Shown here piece by piece: positions 36,979 through 46,028 of a stretch of 50,455 nt of DNA. The notes under the pieces are model-generated. The model ran no database searches. It worked only from the letters and a program-made list of their open reading frames with translations, and was not told the DNA's origin. The DNA is from Elusimicrobiota bacterium (GTDB lineage: Bacteria; Elusimicrobiota; Elusimicrobia; Elusimicrobiales; UBA9959). The DNA lies in assembly GCA_027340875.1 (NCBI GenBank), contig DAIENX010000068.1, forward strand, positions 1-50,455, in the 5' to 3' direction. The position numbers and the translations under genes were made by a program. The first letter of the stretch is position 1; each line of letters begins with the position of its first letter.

Positions 36979-38247
36979 TCACAGGTGGAAGCCCAGGTAC
37001 ATCAGGCCGTTGCCTATCTTGAGCCCGTTGATCTCCGCGCCCTGGGCGAAGGAGGGCAGGAAGGCGCTGTTCTTCAGGGTTATCTGGACGGTCTTGTCGT
37101 CCAACTGCCGCGCCGTCATGACCCTAGTAAGCTGGGGGTTCGTGGTCAGCGTCTTCATCAGGGAGCTTATTATCTTGCCCTGCAGCCAGCCGTTCACGAA
37201 GCCGGGGATGCCGATGCCGTAGGCCTGGTCTATGTCCACGCGCTCCACCTTCACCGTCAGCGCGTTGGGGCCGGCGTACGTGGGAAGGATGGTAGCCTTG
37301 AAGTAGACGTTGGGCTTGCCGAAGACGTCCTTGGCGTAGATCTTGCCTGCGACCTCGAGGCGGCCGTCGCCGCGGAACTTGAGCCCGCCCTCATGACCCT
37401 TGGGGTGGAACTCAAAATCGGTGCCCTTGGTGTACTTACCGATGAAGTTGTCCAGCATGCCGTCCGAGACGGCCAGGTTGTAGCCGGGCAGCTGTGCTAT
37501 CGCGTCGGCCGAGCCGGTCTTTACGCTGAGGGCGAAGCCCTCGCGGTCGAAAGTGAAGTTGCGCAGCGTGACGTTCTCGATCAGGCCGGGCAGCAGCGGG
37601 GCCACGAAGCCGGGGTCGACCTGCGCGCGCAGGTTCCAGCTCTTGCGGTCGTAGGCGAACTTCAGCACTTCGGCGGCCTTGATGCCGGCGCGGTTCTTGG
37701 CGAGGGCGGAATCCATGGCCTGCAGCATGCCCTCGCTGACCTTGGTCATCACCATCTCCATCAGCGCGTCCTTGTCCAGCTGGGCGCCGAAGGCGGCCTT
37801 GGGTCCGAAGGCCACGTCGGCCTCCACCTTTACCACCTTGATGGCCAGCCTGTTCTCGCCTTCGAAGACCGGCTTGAGCTGTATCGTGGGCTCTACCTCT
37901 ATGCCGTTGTAGTCAACGGTCACGTTGCTGAGGGAGATATGGTCCCCCTCCTTGAAAAGTATCGGGGAGCTGGCGTCTATGGGCTGCAGCTTGATGAGCG
38001 GGATGGAAGCCAGCCTGGAAGAGAGGTCCTTGAACGGCAGCTTGACGGTCATGTCCAGGGCCGCGGCGGGCATGTTGGGGGATTTGTCGACTCCCAGCAG
38101 CACGGCCTGCGCCGCGGGGACCGCCGGCATCTCGTCCTGCGAACCGCGCAGGTCCGACGCCTTTACGGATTCAAGTCCAAAGCCGCCGGCGAAGGCCTGT
38201 CCCGCGAGGCCAGCCGAAGCTATGATGGAAAGGATGAGCTTTTTCAT
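36979..38247 (-). CDS. Secreted hypothetical two-domain protein
   Basis: Signal peptide; N-half paralogous to the downstream gene. Confidence 0.85.
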   Translation of the reverse strand: MKKLILSIIASAGLAGQAFAGGFGLESVKASDLRGSQDEMPAVPAAQAVLLGVDKSPNMPAAALDMTVKLPFKDLSSRLASIPLIKLQPIDASSPILFKEGDHISLSNVTVDYNGIEVEPTIQLKPVFEGENRLAIKVVKVEADVAFGPKAAFGAQLDKDALMEMVMTKVSEGMLQAMDSALAKNRAGIKAAEVLKFAYDRKSWNLRAQVDPGFVAPLLPGLIENVTLRNFTFDREGFALSVKTGSADAIAQLPGYNLAVSDGMLDNFIGKYTKGTDFEFHPKGHEGGLKFRGDGRLEVAGKIYAKDVFGKPNVYFKATILPTYAGPNALTVKVERVDIDQAYGIGIPGFVNGWLQGKIISSLMKTLTTNPQLTRVMTARQLDDKTVQITLKNSAFLPSFAQGAEINGLKIGNGLMYLGFHL

Positions 38248-38310
38248 ACTGATAGTTTACAGCGCGGCGGCCATTCCAGAAAGTGCCGAAAAGGCAGGAA
38301 AAAGCGCAAA

Positions 38311-38461
38311 AAAGGGCCCATATGAAAATGGGCCCTTTGGCCGGTAAAGCGAAGACCCCGGGCTTCCCCGGGGTCTTCGAGAGGCCTCAATAAGGTACCA
38401 GGTACCTTTTGAAGATAGAAGGACAGCGGCACCCCAAAAGGTACCAGGTACCTTTTGGGGT
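38311..38461. repeat. Cluster of palindromes and a duplicated 20-bp palindromic motif
   Basis: Stems at 38311-38338 and 38350-38379; AAGGTACCAGGTACCTTTTG at 38392-38411 and 38438-38457; perfect 31-bp palindrome at 38431-38461. Confidence 0.85.
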
Positions 38462-38470
38462 ATTTGGGGA

Positions 38471-40762
38471 TTAGTTGCGGCGCTTGTCCATGAAGGCCTT
38501 TAAAGCCTCCGCCATGGAACCCATCTGCTCCTCGTGATGGGTGCCGGGACCCCGGCGGTCATCCCTGCGGGGCCTGTCCGGCCCGGGGCCGGCCGCCGCC
38601 GACTGGTTGCCCCTGCTTTCGCGGGGGCCGACCACCGGGTTCGATTTCATGGAAAGAGCTATGCGATGCCTGGCCAGGTCCACGTCCAGCACGGTCACCT
38701 GCACCCGGGCACCCACCTTCACCACGGCAGCGGCGTCCTGCACGAAGCGGTCCGACAGCTCGCTGATATGCACCAGGCCGTCCTGGTGCACGCCTATGTC
38801 CACGAAGGCCCCGAAGGCGGCCACGTTGGTCACTATACCGGGCAGTTTCTGGCCGGGCTTAAGCTCCTCCATCTTGGTGGCATCTCCGAAAGCGAAAGCC
38901 TCGAACTGCTTGCGCGGGTCGCGGCCGGGCTTGGCGAGCTCGGCAACTATGTCCTTCAGCGTCGGCTCGCCGACGCCGTCAGAGATGTATTTCCTGATGT
39001 CGATCTTCTCGCGCTTGCCGCCGTCGGTCATCAGGTCTGAGACGGCGCAGCCGAGGTCGGCGGCCATCTTCTCCACTATCGCGTAACGCTCCGGGTGCAC
39101 GGCGCTCGCGTCCAGCGGGTTCTTTCCCTCGCGGATGCGCAGGAAGCCGGCCGCCTGCTCGAAAGCCTTGGGGCCGAGGCGCGGCACCTTCTTCAGACCG
39201 GAGCGGTTCTCGAAGGCCCCGTTGGCGTTGCGGTACTCCACTATGTTCTTGGCCAGGGCGGAGTTCAGGCCGGACACGTAGGCCAGCAGCTCGCGGCTGG
39301 CTGTGTTCACCTCGACGCCAACGCTGTTCACGCAGCTCTCCACGGTGGAGTCCAGGCTCTTCTTCAGCCCGTTCTGGTCCACGTCATGCTGGTACTGGCC
39401 CACACCTATGCTCTTGGGATCGATCTTGACCAGCTCGGCCAGCGGGTCCATGAGCCGGCGGCCGATGCTGACCGCGCCGCGCACGGTGACATCCTTGTCC
39501 GGGAACTCGGCGCGGGCGACCTCGGAGGCGGAGTAGACGGAAGCCCCGCTCTCGTTCACCATCACTATGGTCACTCCCTCGAGCTTCAGGCCGCGCGCGA
39601 ACTCCTCGGTCTCGCGGCCGGCGGTGCCGTTGCCTATGGCGATGACCTCGGTCTTGTACTGGGCGGCCAGCTTCTTCACTTTGTCGGCGGCCGAGGCTCC
39701 GGCCCCTTCGCCGTTGTGCGGGTACACCACGTCGTCGTGGATTAGCTTGCCGTTGCGGTCCAGGCAGACCAGCTTGCAGCCGGTGCGGAAGCCGGGGTCC
39801 AGCGCGAGGATGTTCCTATGCCCCAGCGGGGAGGCCATCAGTATCTCGCGCAGATTGCGGGCGAAAACCTCTATGGCCTGCGCGTCGGCGCGCTTCTTTG
39901 TCTCCAGCCGCGCCTCTCCCTCCATGGAAAGGGCGAGCAGGCGGTTGTAGGAATCGGCTACTGCCTCTTCGACCTGTTTGCCGCAGGCGGAGTCGTTCTT
40001 AACGAAGAGGGGCTCCAGAAGGGATATGGCCTCGTCGGCTTCCACTTCTATACGCATGGAGAGGAAGCCTTCCGTCTCGCCGCGGCGCATGGCCAGTATG
40101 CGGTGGGACGGTGCCTTGGCGGCCGGCTCCTTCCAGTCGAAATAGTCCTTGAACTTGGCCCCCTCTTCCTCCTTGCCTGACAGCACCTTGGAATGGAAGA
40201 CGCCTTTCTGCGCGAAGAGCTGGCGCAGGCGGGCGCGGGCCGTCTCGTCCTCGCTGATCCGCTCGGCAATGATATCGCGCGCGCCGGCCAGGGCTTCCTC
40301 GGCGGTCTTCACGCCCTTCTCCTCGCTGATATAGGCCGCGGCCAGGGCGGCGGGGTCGTCATTGCCCTGTTCGTAAACTTTATCCGCCAGCGGCTCCAGG
40401 CCTTTCTCCTTGGCTATAGTGGCGCGGGTGCGGCGTTTGGGACGGTACGGGAGGTATATATCCTCGAGCTTCGACATCGTTTCCGCGCCCAGGACCCTGG
40501 CCTTTAGCTCCTCGGTCAGCAGGTTGCGCTCGGTGAGGGACTTTATTATGGCCTCGCGGCGGGTATCCAGCTCCCTGAGCTGCTCCAGCCGCTCCTTTAT
40601 CTTTCCCAGCGCCACCTCGTCCAGACCGCCGGTGGCCTCCTTGCGGTAGCGGGCTACGAACGGGATGGTGGCGTCCTCGCCGAAAAGCCCTATCGCGGCG
40701 GCCACGCCGGAAGCGCTCAGCCCCAGCTCGCCGGAGATCTTGGTAACGTAAGCGTCGCTCAT
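38471..40762 (-). CDS. tex: Tex RNA-binding transcription accessory protein
   Basis: TIPFVARYRKEATG, LDPGFRTGCK, IGNGTAGRET, SIGVGQYQHD, C-terminal S1 domain. Confidence 0.96.
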   Translation of the reverse strand: MSDAYVTKISGELGLSASGVAAAIGLFGEDATIPFVARYRKEATGGLDEVALGKIKERLEQLRELDTRREAIIKSLTERNLLTEELKARVLGAETMSKLEDIYLPYRPKRRTRATIAKEKGLEPLADKVYEQGNDDPAALAAAYISEEKGVKTAEEALAGARDIIAERISEDETARARLRQLFAQKGVFHSKVLSGKEEEGAKFKDYFDWKEPAAKAPSHRILAMRRGETEGFLSMRIEVEADEAISLLEPLFVKNDSACGKQVEEAVADSYNRLLALSMEGEARLETKKRADAQAIEVFARNLREILMASPLGHRNILALDPGFRTGCKLVCLDRNGKLIHDDVVYPHNGEGAGASAADKVKKLAAQYKTEVIAIGNGTAGRETEEFARGLKLEGVTIVMVNESGASVYSASEVARAEFPDKDVTVRGAVSIGRRLMDPLAELVKIDPKSIGVGQYQHDVDQNGLKKSLDSTVESCVNSVGVEVNTASRELLAYVSGLNSALAKNIVEYRNANGAFENRSGLKKVPRLGPKAFEQAAGFLRIREGKNPLDASAVHPERYAIVEKMAADLGCAVSDLMTDGGKREKIDIRKYISDGVGEPTLKDIVAELAKPGRDPRKQFEAFAFGDATKMEELKPGQKLPGIVTNVAAFGAFVDIGVHQDGLVHISELSDRFVQDAAAVVKVGARVQVTVLDVDLARHRIALSMKSNPVVGPRESRGNQSAAAGPGPDRPRRDDRRGPGTHHEEQMGSMAEALKAFMDKRRN

Positions 40763-40947
40763 CTATATCCTCCGAAGTAAAACCTTCTGTAAAGGATATA
40801 AAAAAGCCGCCCTTCCAGGCCAATCCTAGACGAGAGATAAGACGAAGAGCGGATGCGGACTGGCTCAGGCGCCAGGTCCCGCCACGGCGCCGAAAGGCTC
40901 TGAAAAGCACGCCCCCGGGACGGGGAGCCCCGCGGAACCGAAGGAAT

Positions 40948-42882
40948 TCAGGTTCCAGAGTCCAGCACGCTCCGCACTTTGCCGGCCAGCGCGTCGGGAG
41001 AGAACGGCTTCTGCAGATAATTATCCCCGGCCGGAAGCCCTTCCAGGATTTCAGGATCGATATGGCCGGAGACGTACAGGATCTTCACACCAGGGCACCG
41101 CTCCGACACCAGCCGCGCGAGCTCTCCGCCGCCCATGCCGTGCAGCCGCATATCCGTCACCAGCAGGTCCACCGGCCTGCCGTGCTCTCTAAGCGCCGCC
41201 AGGGCCGCCGTGGCGTCGACGGCCGCCAACACTTTGTAGCCGAGTTCCGACAGGACGCGGCGGCCCAGCTTAAGCAGCGCCTCCTCGTCCTCCACCAGCA
41301 GGATGGTCTCGCTGCCGCCTGACGGCGCGGCTTCCTCTTTCGGCCCCGCTTCCTCTTTCGGCGGCGGAGCGGAATGGAAATACATCAGGAATTTAGTGCC
41401 GCGGCCGGCGGCGGTCTCGACCTCGATGTGGCCGCCGCTCTGCTTTATCGTGCCGTATACGGTGGAAAGCCCCAGCCCGGTGCCCTTGCCCTGCGCCTTG
41501 GTGGTGAAGAAGGGCTCGAACAGATGGCTTCTCACTTCCGGGGTCATGCCCGTTCCGGTGTCCGCCACGGCAAGACTGACCAGCGGCCCGGCCGGCAGAG
41601 CCGGTTTCCCGGCTCTCCAATTTTCCGGAGGGTCCTCAAGGCCCACGGCGATGGAAAGCGTGCCTCCGCCCGGCATGGCGTCGCGCGCGTTGACCGCCAG
41701 GTTCATCAACAGCTGATCGACCTGGCCCGGGTCCAAGACGACACAACAGGGAGACGCGCCGAGGCTCACCTCCAGCCGTATGTCCTCCCCTATAAGCCGC
41801 TGCAGCATCTTTACGGCGCTCCCGACCGCGGCGTTTAGGTCCAGCGTGACCGGCTTCAGCACCTGCTTGCGGCTGAAGGCCAGCAGCCGGCGCGTAAGGG
41901 AGGCGGCCCTGTCGCCGGCTATCAGTATCTCCTCCGCGTCCTGCCGTCTCGCGTCGTCCGGAGGCAGGCTCTGCAACAGCATGCGGCCGTAACCGTTGAT
42001 GGCCGTTATCAGGTTGTTGAAATCGTGCGCCACGCCTCCTGCCAGCCGTCCCACGGCCTCCATTTTCTGCGCCTGCCTGAACTGCTCTTCGCTGGAAAGC
42101 AGGGCCTTCCTGTAATCGGAAAGGCGGTCCAGCAGCAGATTGAACTGGTTCACGACCACGGAAATTTCCTTCCCCGCGGCGTGGTTGAGTTTAGAGACCG
42201 CGGGATTGACCATATCAATGGCCTGAATGGATTCCGCGAGGGCCGCCAGGGGACGGGCGAACGAGCGGTCCAGCAGCCAATAGGCCGACAGGAGGCCGGC
42301 GGCCAGCAGCAGGAAAAGCGACAGAAAAACGATTATTTCCTGCCGTTGGTGCTCCAGACGCCGCTCCGGATCCATGGTTCCCTCGGTTATCACAGCGCCC
42401 AACCACGCGCCGGTCCCGGAGTGGCAGCCGCCGCAGGACCGCTCGTTACGGAGAAGCCGCGTCACTATCCAGTAGCCGTCGCTTGCTCTTAGCGCCGAAT
42501 ACCCTGTATTCGACGCCCCGGCTATCAATCCGTTCACCCCGTGCCCGACCAGCTCATCCCGGCAAAGGCTTGAGGACGTCCAGACCGGACGTCCTGTCAT
42601 ATCGGTTATCATAGTGCCGCGAAACCCGGGAGTATTGGAGAATACGTCCTTTAGAAAGTCCTGGAATCCTTTCCCATGCTCCCCTCTGGACATGGACCGG
42701 AAAAGGCCCTCCACAACGCTCCTGTTCACCAGATCGGCCGTCATCTTGCCGTTCAGTTCCAGGGTTTTATGATACGCGTTCTGATAGATAAGCAGCAGGC
42801 CTCCGAAAAGCAGCAGCCAGAAGAACGCCAGCCCCGAAATGAATTTGGCGCGAGTACTGAGATTAGTCGATAGAGATTTCAT
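40948..42882 (-). CDS. Membrane hybrid sensor kinase (periplasmic CxxCH, HAMP, HisKA, HATPase, REC)
   Basis: Two TMs, SCGGCH, QAQKMEAVGRLAGGVAHDFNN, NARDAM, GTGLGL, receiver domain. Confidence 0.92.
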   Translation of the reverse strand: MKSLSTNLSTRAKFISGLAFFWLLLFGGLLLIYQNAYHKTLELNGKMTADLVNRSVVEGLFRSMSRGEHGKGFQDFLKDVFSNTPGFRGTMITDMTGRPVWTSSSLCRDELVGHGVNGLIAGASNTGYSALRASDGYWIVTRLLRNERSCGGCHSGTGAWLGAVITEGTMDPERRLEHQRQEIIVFLSLFLLLAAGLLSAYWLLDRSFARPLAALAESIQAIDMVNPAVSKLNHAAGKEISVVVNQFNLLLDRLSDYRKALLSSEEQFRQAQKMEAVGRLAGGVAHDFNNLITAINGYGRMLLQSLPPDDARRQDAEEILIAGDRAASLTRRLLAFSRKQVLKPVTLDLNAAVGSAVKMLQRLIGEDIRLEVSLGASPCCVVLDPGQVDQLLMNLAVNARDAMPGGGTLSIAVGLEDPPENWRAGKPALPAGPLVSLAVADTGTGMTPEVRSHLFEPFFTTKAQGKGTGLGLSTVYGTIKQSGGHIEVETAAGRGTKFLMYFHSAPPPKEEAGPKEEAAPSGGSETILLVEDEEALLKLGRRVLSELGYKVLAAVDATAALAALREHGRPVDLLVTDMRLHGMGGGELARLVSERCPGVKILYVSGHIDPEILEGLPAGDNYLQKPFSPDALAGKVRSVLDSGT

Positions 42883-43044
42883 TGTCGTACAACCTGGAAA
42901 AGCCGTCCGTTCTTCCTACAAAAAATCTGGCCGGCCATATGGCCAGCCCCCCGCAACGCCCCCCGGCGCAAACGCCCGGTCCCTCGCCCCGGCATATTCT
43001 AGCGCAAGTCGCGCCTTCATTTCAAAGCTCCCATCGCCGCGCGC

Positions 43045-43719
43045 CTACAGCAGTCCCTTCTGTTTGAAGCTCATGAAGCCCTCTTTCGTCACTATCACGT
43101 GATCCAGCAGCTCTATGCCCAGCAGTTTGCCCGCCTGGCCCAGCCTCTTGGTGAGCGACAGGTCCTCGTCCGACGGCTCAAGGCAGCCGGAAGGGTGGTT
43201 GTGGGCCACTATCACGCTGGCCGCCAAGTTCCTCACCGCCGGTTCGAACACCTCGCGCGGGTGCACGAGGTTGTAGTTCAGCGTGCCGATGGAGACTATG
43301 TCCCGCTTGATCTCCTGGTTACGCGTGTCCAGAAAGAAGACCACGAAATGCTCCTTCTTCTGGTCGCGCACGTCGCGCAGTTCCTCCCAGATGTCGCGCG
43401 GCTTCAGGTAGATGCCGGCCTTCTTGCCGTTCAGGTAGCGCCGCCCCAGCTCGAACGCCGCCATGATTTCGCAGGCCCGCGCAGGCCCCAGCCCCGGCGC
43501 CGCGCGCAGCTCTGAGAACCCGGCCTTCGCGATATCCGCCCGGCCGAAGCGCCGCAGCAGGTCCCCGGCCATGTCCAGCACGCCCCGGCCGCGCGCGCCG
43601 GTGCGCAGCAGCAGCGCCAGCAGCTCCTCGTCGGCCAGCTTCTCCGGACCATAGCGCATCAGCTTCTCGCGCGGCCGCTCCACCCTCGGCATGTCCTGTA
43701 TCGCCCCCGCTCCTTTCAT
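43045..43719 (-). CDS. radC: RadC/JAB-domain protein
   Basis: PREKL...ELLALLLRTG, HPREVF, HNHPSG..PSDED, LLDHVI. Confidence 0.95.
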   Translation of the reverse strand: MKGAGAIQDMPRVERPREKLMRYGPEKLADEELLALLLRTGARGRGVLDMAGDLLRRFGRADIAKAGFSELRAAPGLGPARACEIMAAFELGRRYLNGKKAGIYLKPRDIWEELRDVRDQKKEHFVVFFLDTRNQEIKRDIVSIGTLNYNLVHPREVFEPAVRNLAASVIVAHNHPSGCLEPSDEDLSLTKRLGQAGKLLGIELLDHVIVTKEGFMSFKQKGLL

Positions 43720-43753
43720 AGGTCCCCCTTTCCCGCCGCTTTAGCCCTGCAAT

Positions 43754-43790
43754 AGCCTAGCAGGCGAACCCGACAAGGATATGTCGGGTT
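43754..43790 (-). promoter_or_regulatory. PafBC/WYL-type promoter facing radC: palindrome plus TGTCGG-N10-TAGGCT
   Basis: Palindrome AACCCGACA-N6-TGTCGGGTT (43767-43790); on the minus strand TGTCGG (43775-43770), 10 nt, TAGGCT (43759-43754). Confidence 0.65.
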
Positions 43791-43840
43791 GAGCGGGGCC
43801 CTGTAAAGGACCCGGGCACCTGTTGTAAAATGTGGTAGAC

Positions 43841-44518
43841 ATGGAGAACAGCACATTTGAGCTCTTCGCGCCGGTGCGCAACACGATCAACAAGGCGCTG
43901 GGGGTAGTGGTAAAGGTCACGGGCGACAATATCACCGTGCAGCCCATTTCAGGTGACAGGCTGACTTTCAAGGCCCAATACCTGGCCCCGGCGGACGAGA
44001 AGGAGACCGCCGCGCTGCAGGACCTGATCACCCGCCTCAGGATAGAGGAGGAGAACCGCGGCAAGGCCAAGTCCATAAAGGCCGACCCGGCCCTGATCCG
44101 CGAGGAGTTCGAGAAGTTCGTAAAGCACATAGCCGCCCGCTACCCCAAGTCAGCGGAGACCTTCCGCGAGTTCTGGGCCGAGCTGATGGAGGCCGCGGGC
44201 GATATCCCGGGGCAGACGTGGGAGATGAAGCCGAACACGGCCAAAAATCCCGGGCCGGTGCTCAAGATCTACAACGCGCCCACCCAGAAGTGGGTATACT
44301 GCCTGTCGCTGCTGGCCGGCTGGGGGCTGCGCATGGAGATAAAGAAGGAGTTCCTTCCCCCGGGCTGCGAAAGCCTCTTCCCTATAGACCACGCGATGTT
44401 CGGCGCCGGCCGGGCCGTGGAGCTGGTCTACCGTGATTTCACCCCCGAGAAGCGCCGGCCCTACGCCGACTGCGTACGCGCCATCTACGCGAAAACCCAG
44501 CCGCCCGCGGGCGCCTGA
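43841..44518 (+). CDS. Hypothetical protein (small SH3/KOW-like N-domain plus alpha/beta C-domain)
   Basis: Host-like codon usage; GVVVKVTGDNITVQ beta pattern. Confidence 0.75.
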   Translation: MENSTFELFAPVRNTINKALGVVVKVTGDNITVQPISGDRLTFKAQYLAPADEKETAALQDLITRLRIEEENRGKAKSIKADPALIREEFEKFVKHIAARYPKSAETFREFWAELMEAAGDIPGQTWEMKPNTAKNPGPVLKIYNAPTQKWVYCLSLLAGWGLRMEIKKEFLPPGCESLFPIDHAMFGAGRAVELVYRDFTPEKRRPYADCVRAIYAKTQPPAGA

Positions 44519-44567
44519 CCCCCCCCCCTTGACTTTCGCCCGGGATACTGTAGACTATAGTTGCTTT

Positions 44568-46028
44568 ATGGATACCTTGAGAGCCCTTATCGCCGCCTGC
44601 GCGCTGGCCGCCGCCGGAGGGCCGGTTTTTGCCGCGGAGCCCGTGCAGTGGAAGGCCCAGGAACACATCACCGAGTTCAAGTTCCTTTTCGAGACCGGGA
44701 AATACAAGGCGGACTCCTGGAACGCCCTTTCCCCGGACGAGCAGCAGAACGAGCTGCGCGACTCCGCCGAGCCGGCGCAGCAGAGGCTGGAGGCGGTGCA
44801 GGCCTACTACGAGGCCGCCATGCGCCCCTGGGACACCGAACAGCTACGCGACTACGTCCAGAAGATCTCGGAGCGGGACATCTCGACGGTGCGCCTGTGG
44901 CTGGGCGAGGAGGCCGGCACGGAACTGCGCGCCAAGGTCACCGCCGTGCGCGAGGCCATGGGCAAGGCGAATTCGCAGGACGGCCTGCGCCAATCCGACG
45001 TAGACGGACTGCGGCAGTACCTTACCCCCGAGGCCATCTCCGCGCTGCGCTCCATAAAGGTCATGCGCGGGGCGCAGGGACAGAGTTCCGAATTCTTCAA
45101 GAAATCCGAGGTCCCGAAAGGGGCGGTTAACTCGACGCTAAGCAAGGTTTCCGGCTCGCTCTCATCCGGAGTGAGCGGCAGCCTTACCAAGGCCTTCGAC
45201 GGCAACGCAGCCACCGGCGACGCCTCCGCCGTGGACATGCGCGGCGGCCGGTACCAGGTCCCCAAGAACGTCATGAACGGCGTGTCAGCCGAAGTTTCTC
45301 GCCCCATGGGAGACTTCGTGGCCGAGAAGACCGCCGGCGTGCTGAATCCCGGCCAGCCCCGCGGCACCACGGCCACCACGGTCAAATCGGCCGCGCCGCA
45401 GCAATTGGGCGGCGGGACCAAGTCCACCTCCTGGACCTCGGACGCCTACGGTTACACGATAACGACTTCCGACGGCCGCACCCAGACCTTCAGGGACCAG
45501 CGCCAGGCAGAGGCCGCCATACGTGCGCTGCCTAACGGCTCGGTCAGCAAGATCATCCTCTACGGACACGGCGCACCGGGGGGACAGACCGTCGGCAGCG
45601 CCTATTACGAGGCCGGCGACACCGCGGCGCTGCTCAAGGGCAAGATGACCCCCGGCGGCGTAGTCCAGTATACCGGCTGCAACACCGCCTCCATAGGCGA
45701 CGCCACGCTGAACCCGGCCGTGGGGCTCTCCATGCTGACCCGGCGCCTGCTCTATTTCAGTGTGCCCTACTGGCAGGACAGGTTCAGCGGGGTCCCGGCG
45801 GACGAGGCCAGGAAACAGTGGGAGAAGACCTGGAACGCCGACCTCGCCAGGGACACCAGCCGCCAGATGGGCGGGACCATAGTCTGCGGCCTGAGGACCT
45901 TCGGGCTCGTGCCCGGCCGGCTGCCCGGCGTCACCCGCGTCATGGGGAACCAGGAAGCCACCACTCCGGGCTACGTGGCCGGCAAGAAGGTCTGCTACCA
46001 GGACGGCAGAGAGGTGCCTGAGCCATGA
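44568..46028 (+). CDS. Secreted protein with C-terminal caspase/CPD-like (DUF4347-type) His-Cys domain
   Basis: Signal peptide, helical domain, Ser/Gly/Thr linker, IILYGHGAPG...VQYTGCNTA. Confidence 0.7.
   Translation: MDTLRALIAACALAAAGGPVFAAEPVQWKAQEHITEFKFLFETGKYKADSWNALSPDEQQNELRDSAEPAQQRLEAVQAYYEAAMRPWDTEQLRDYVQKISERDISTVRLWLGEEAGTELRAKVTAVREAMGKANSQDGLRQSDVDGLRQYLTPEAISALRSIKVMRGAQGQSSEFFKKSEVPKGAVNSTLSKVSGSLSSGVSGSLTKAFDGNAATGDASAVDMRGGRYQVPKNVMNGVSAEVSRPMGDFVAEKTAGVLNPGQPRGTTATTVKSAAPQQLGGGTKSTSWTSDAYGYTITTSDGRTQTFRDQRQAEAAIRALPNGSVSKIILYGHGAPGGQTVGSAYYEAGDTAALLKGKMTPGGVVQYTGCNTASIGDATLNPAVGLSMLTRRLLYFSVPYWQDRFSGVPADEARKQWEKTWNADLARDTSRQMGGTIVCGLRTFGLVPGRLPGVTRVMGNQEATTPGYVAGKKVCYQDGREVPEP

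Noticed and set aside
16900..38325. Long antisense ORFs (e.g. 16900-18582, 20061-22511, 28849-30009, 36985-38325)
   Set aside because: Shadow frames of high-GC genes that have clear family motifs on the opposite strand.
38392..38457. Mini CRISPR array (two 20-bp repeats, 26-bp spacer)
   Set aside because: Only two short repeats, no cas genes or leader; no CRISPR array seen anywhere in the window.
43045..43719. radC as a marker of a mobile element
   Set aside because: Full-length chromosomal type with N-terminal HhH region, host-like codon usage and no mobility genes nearby.
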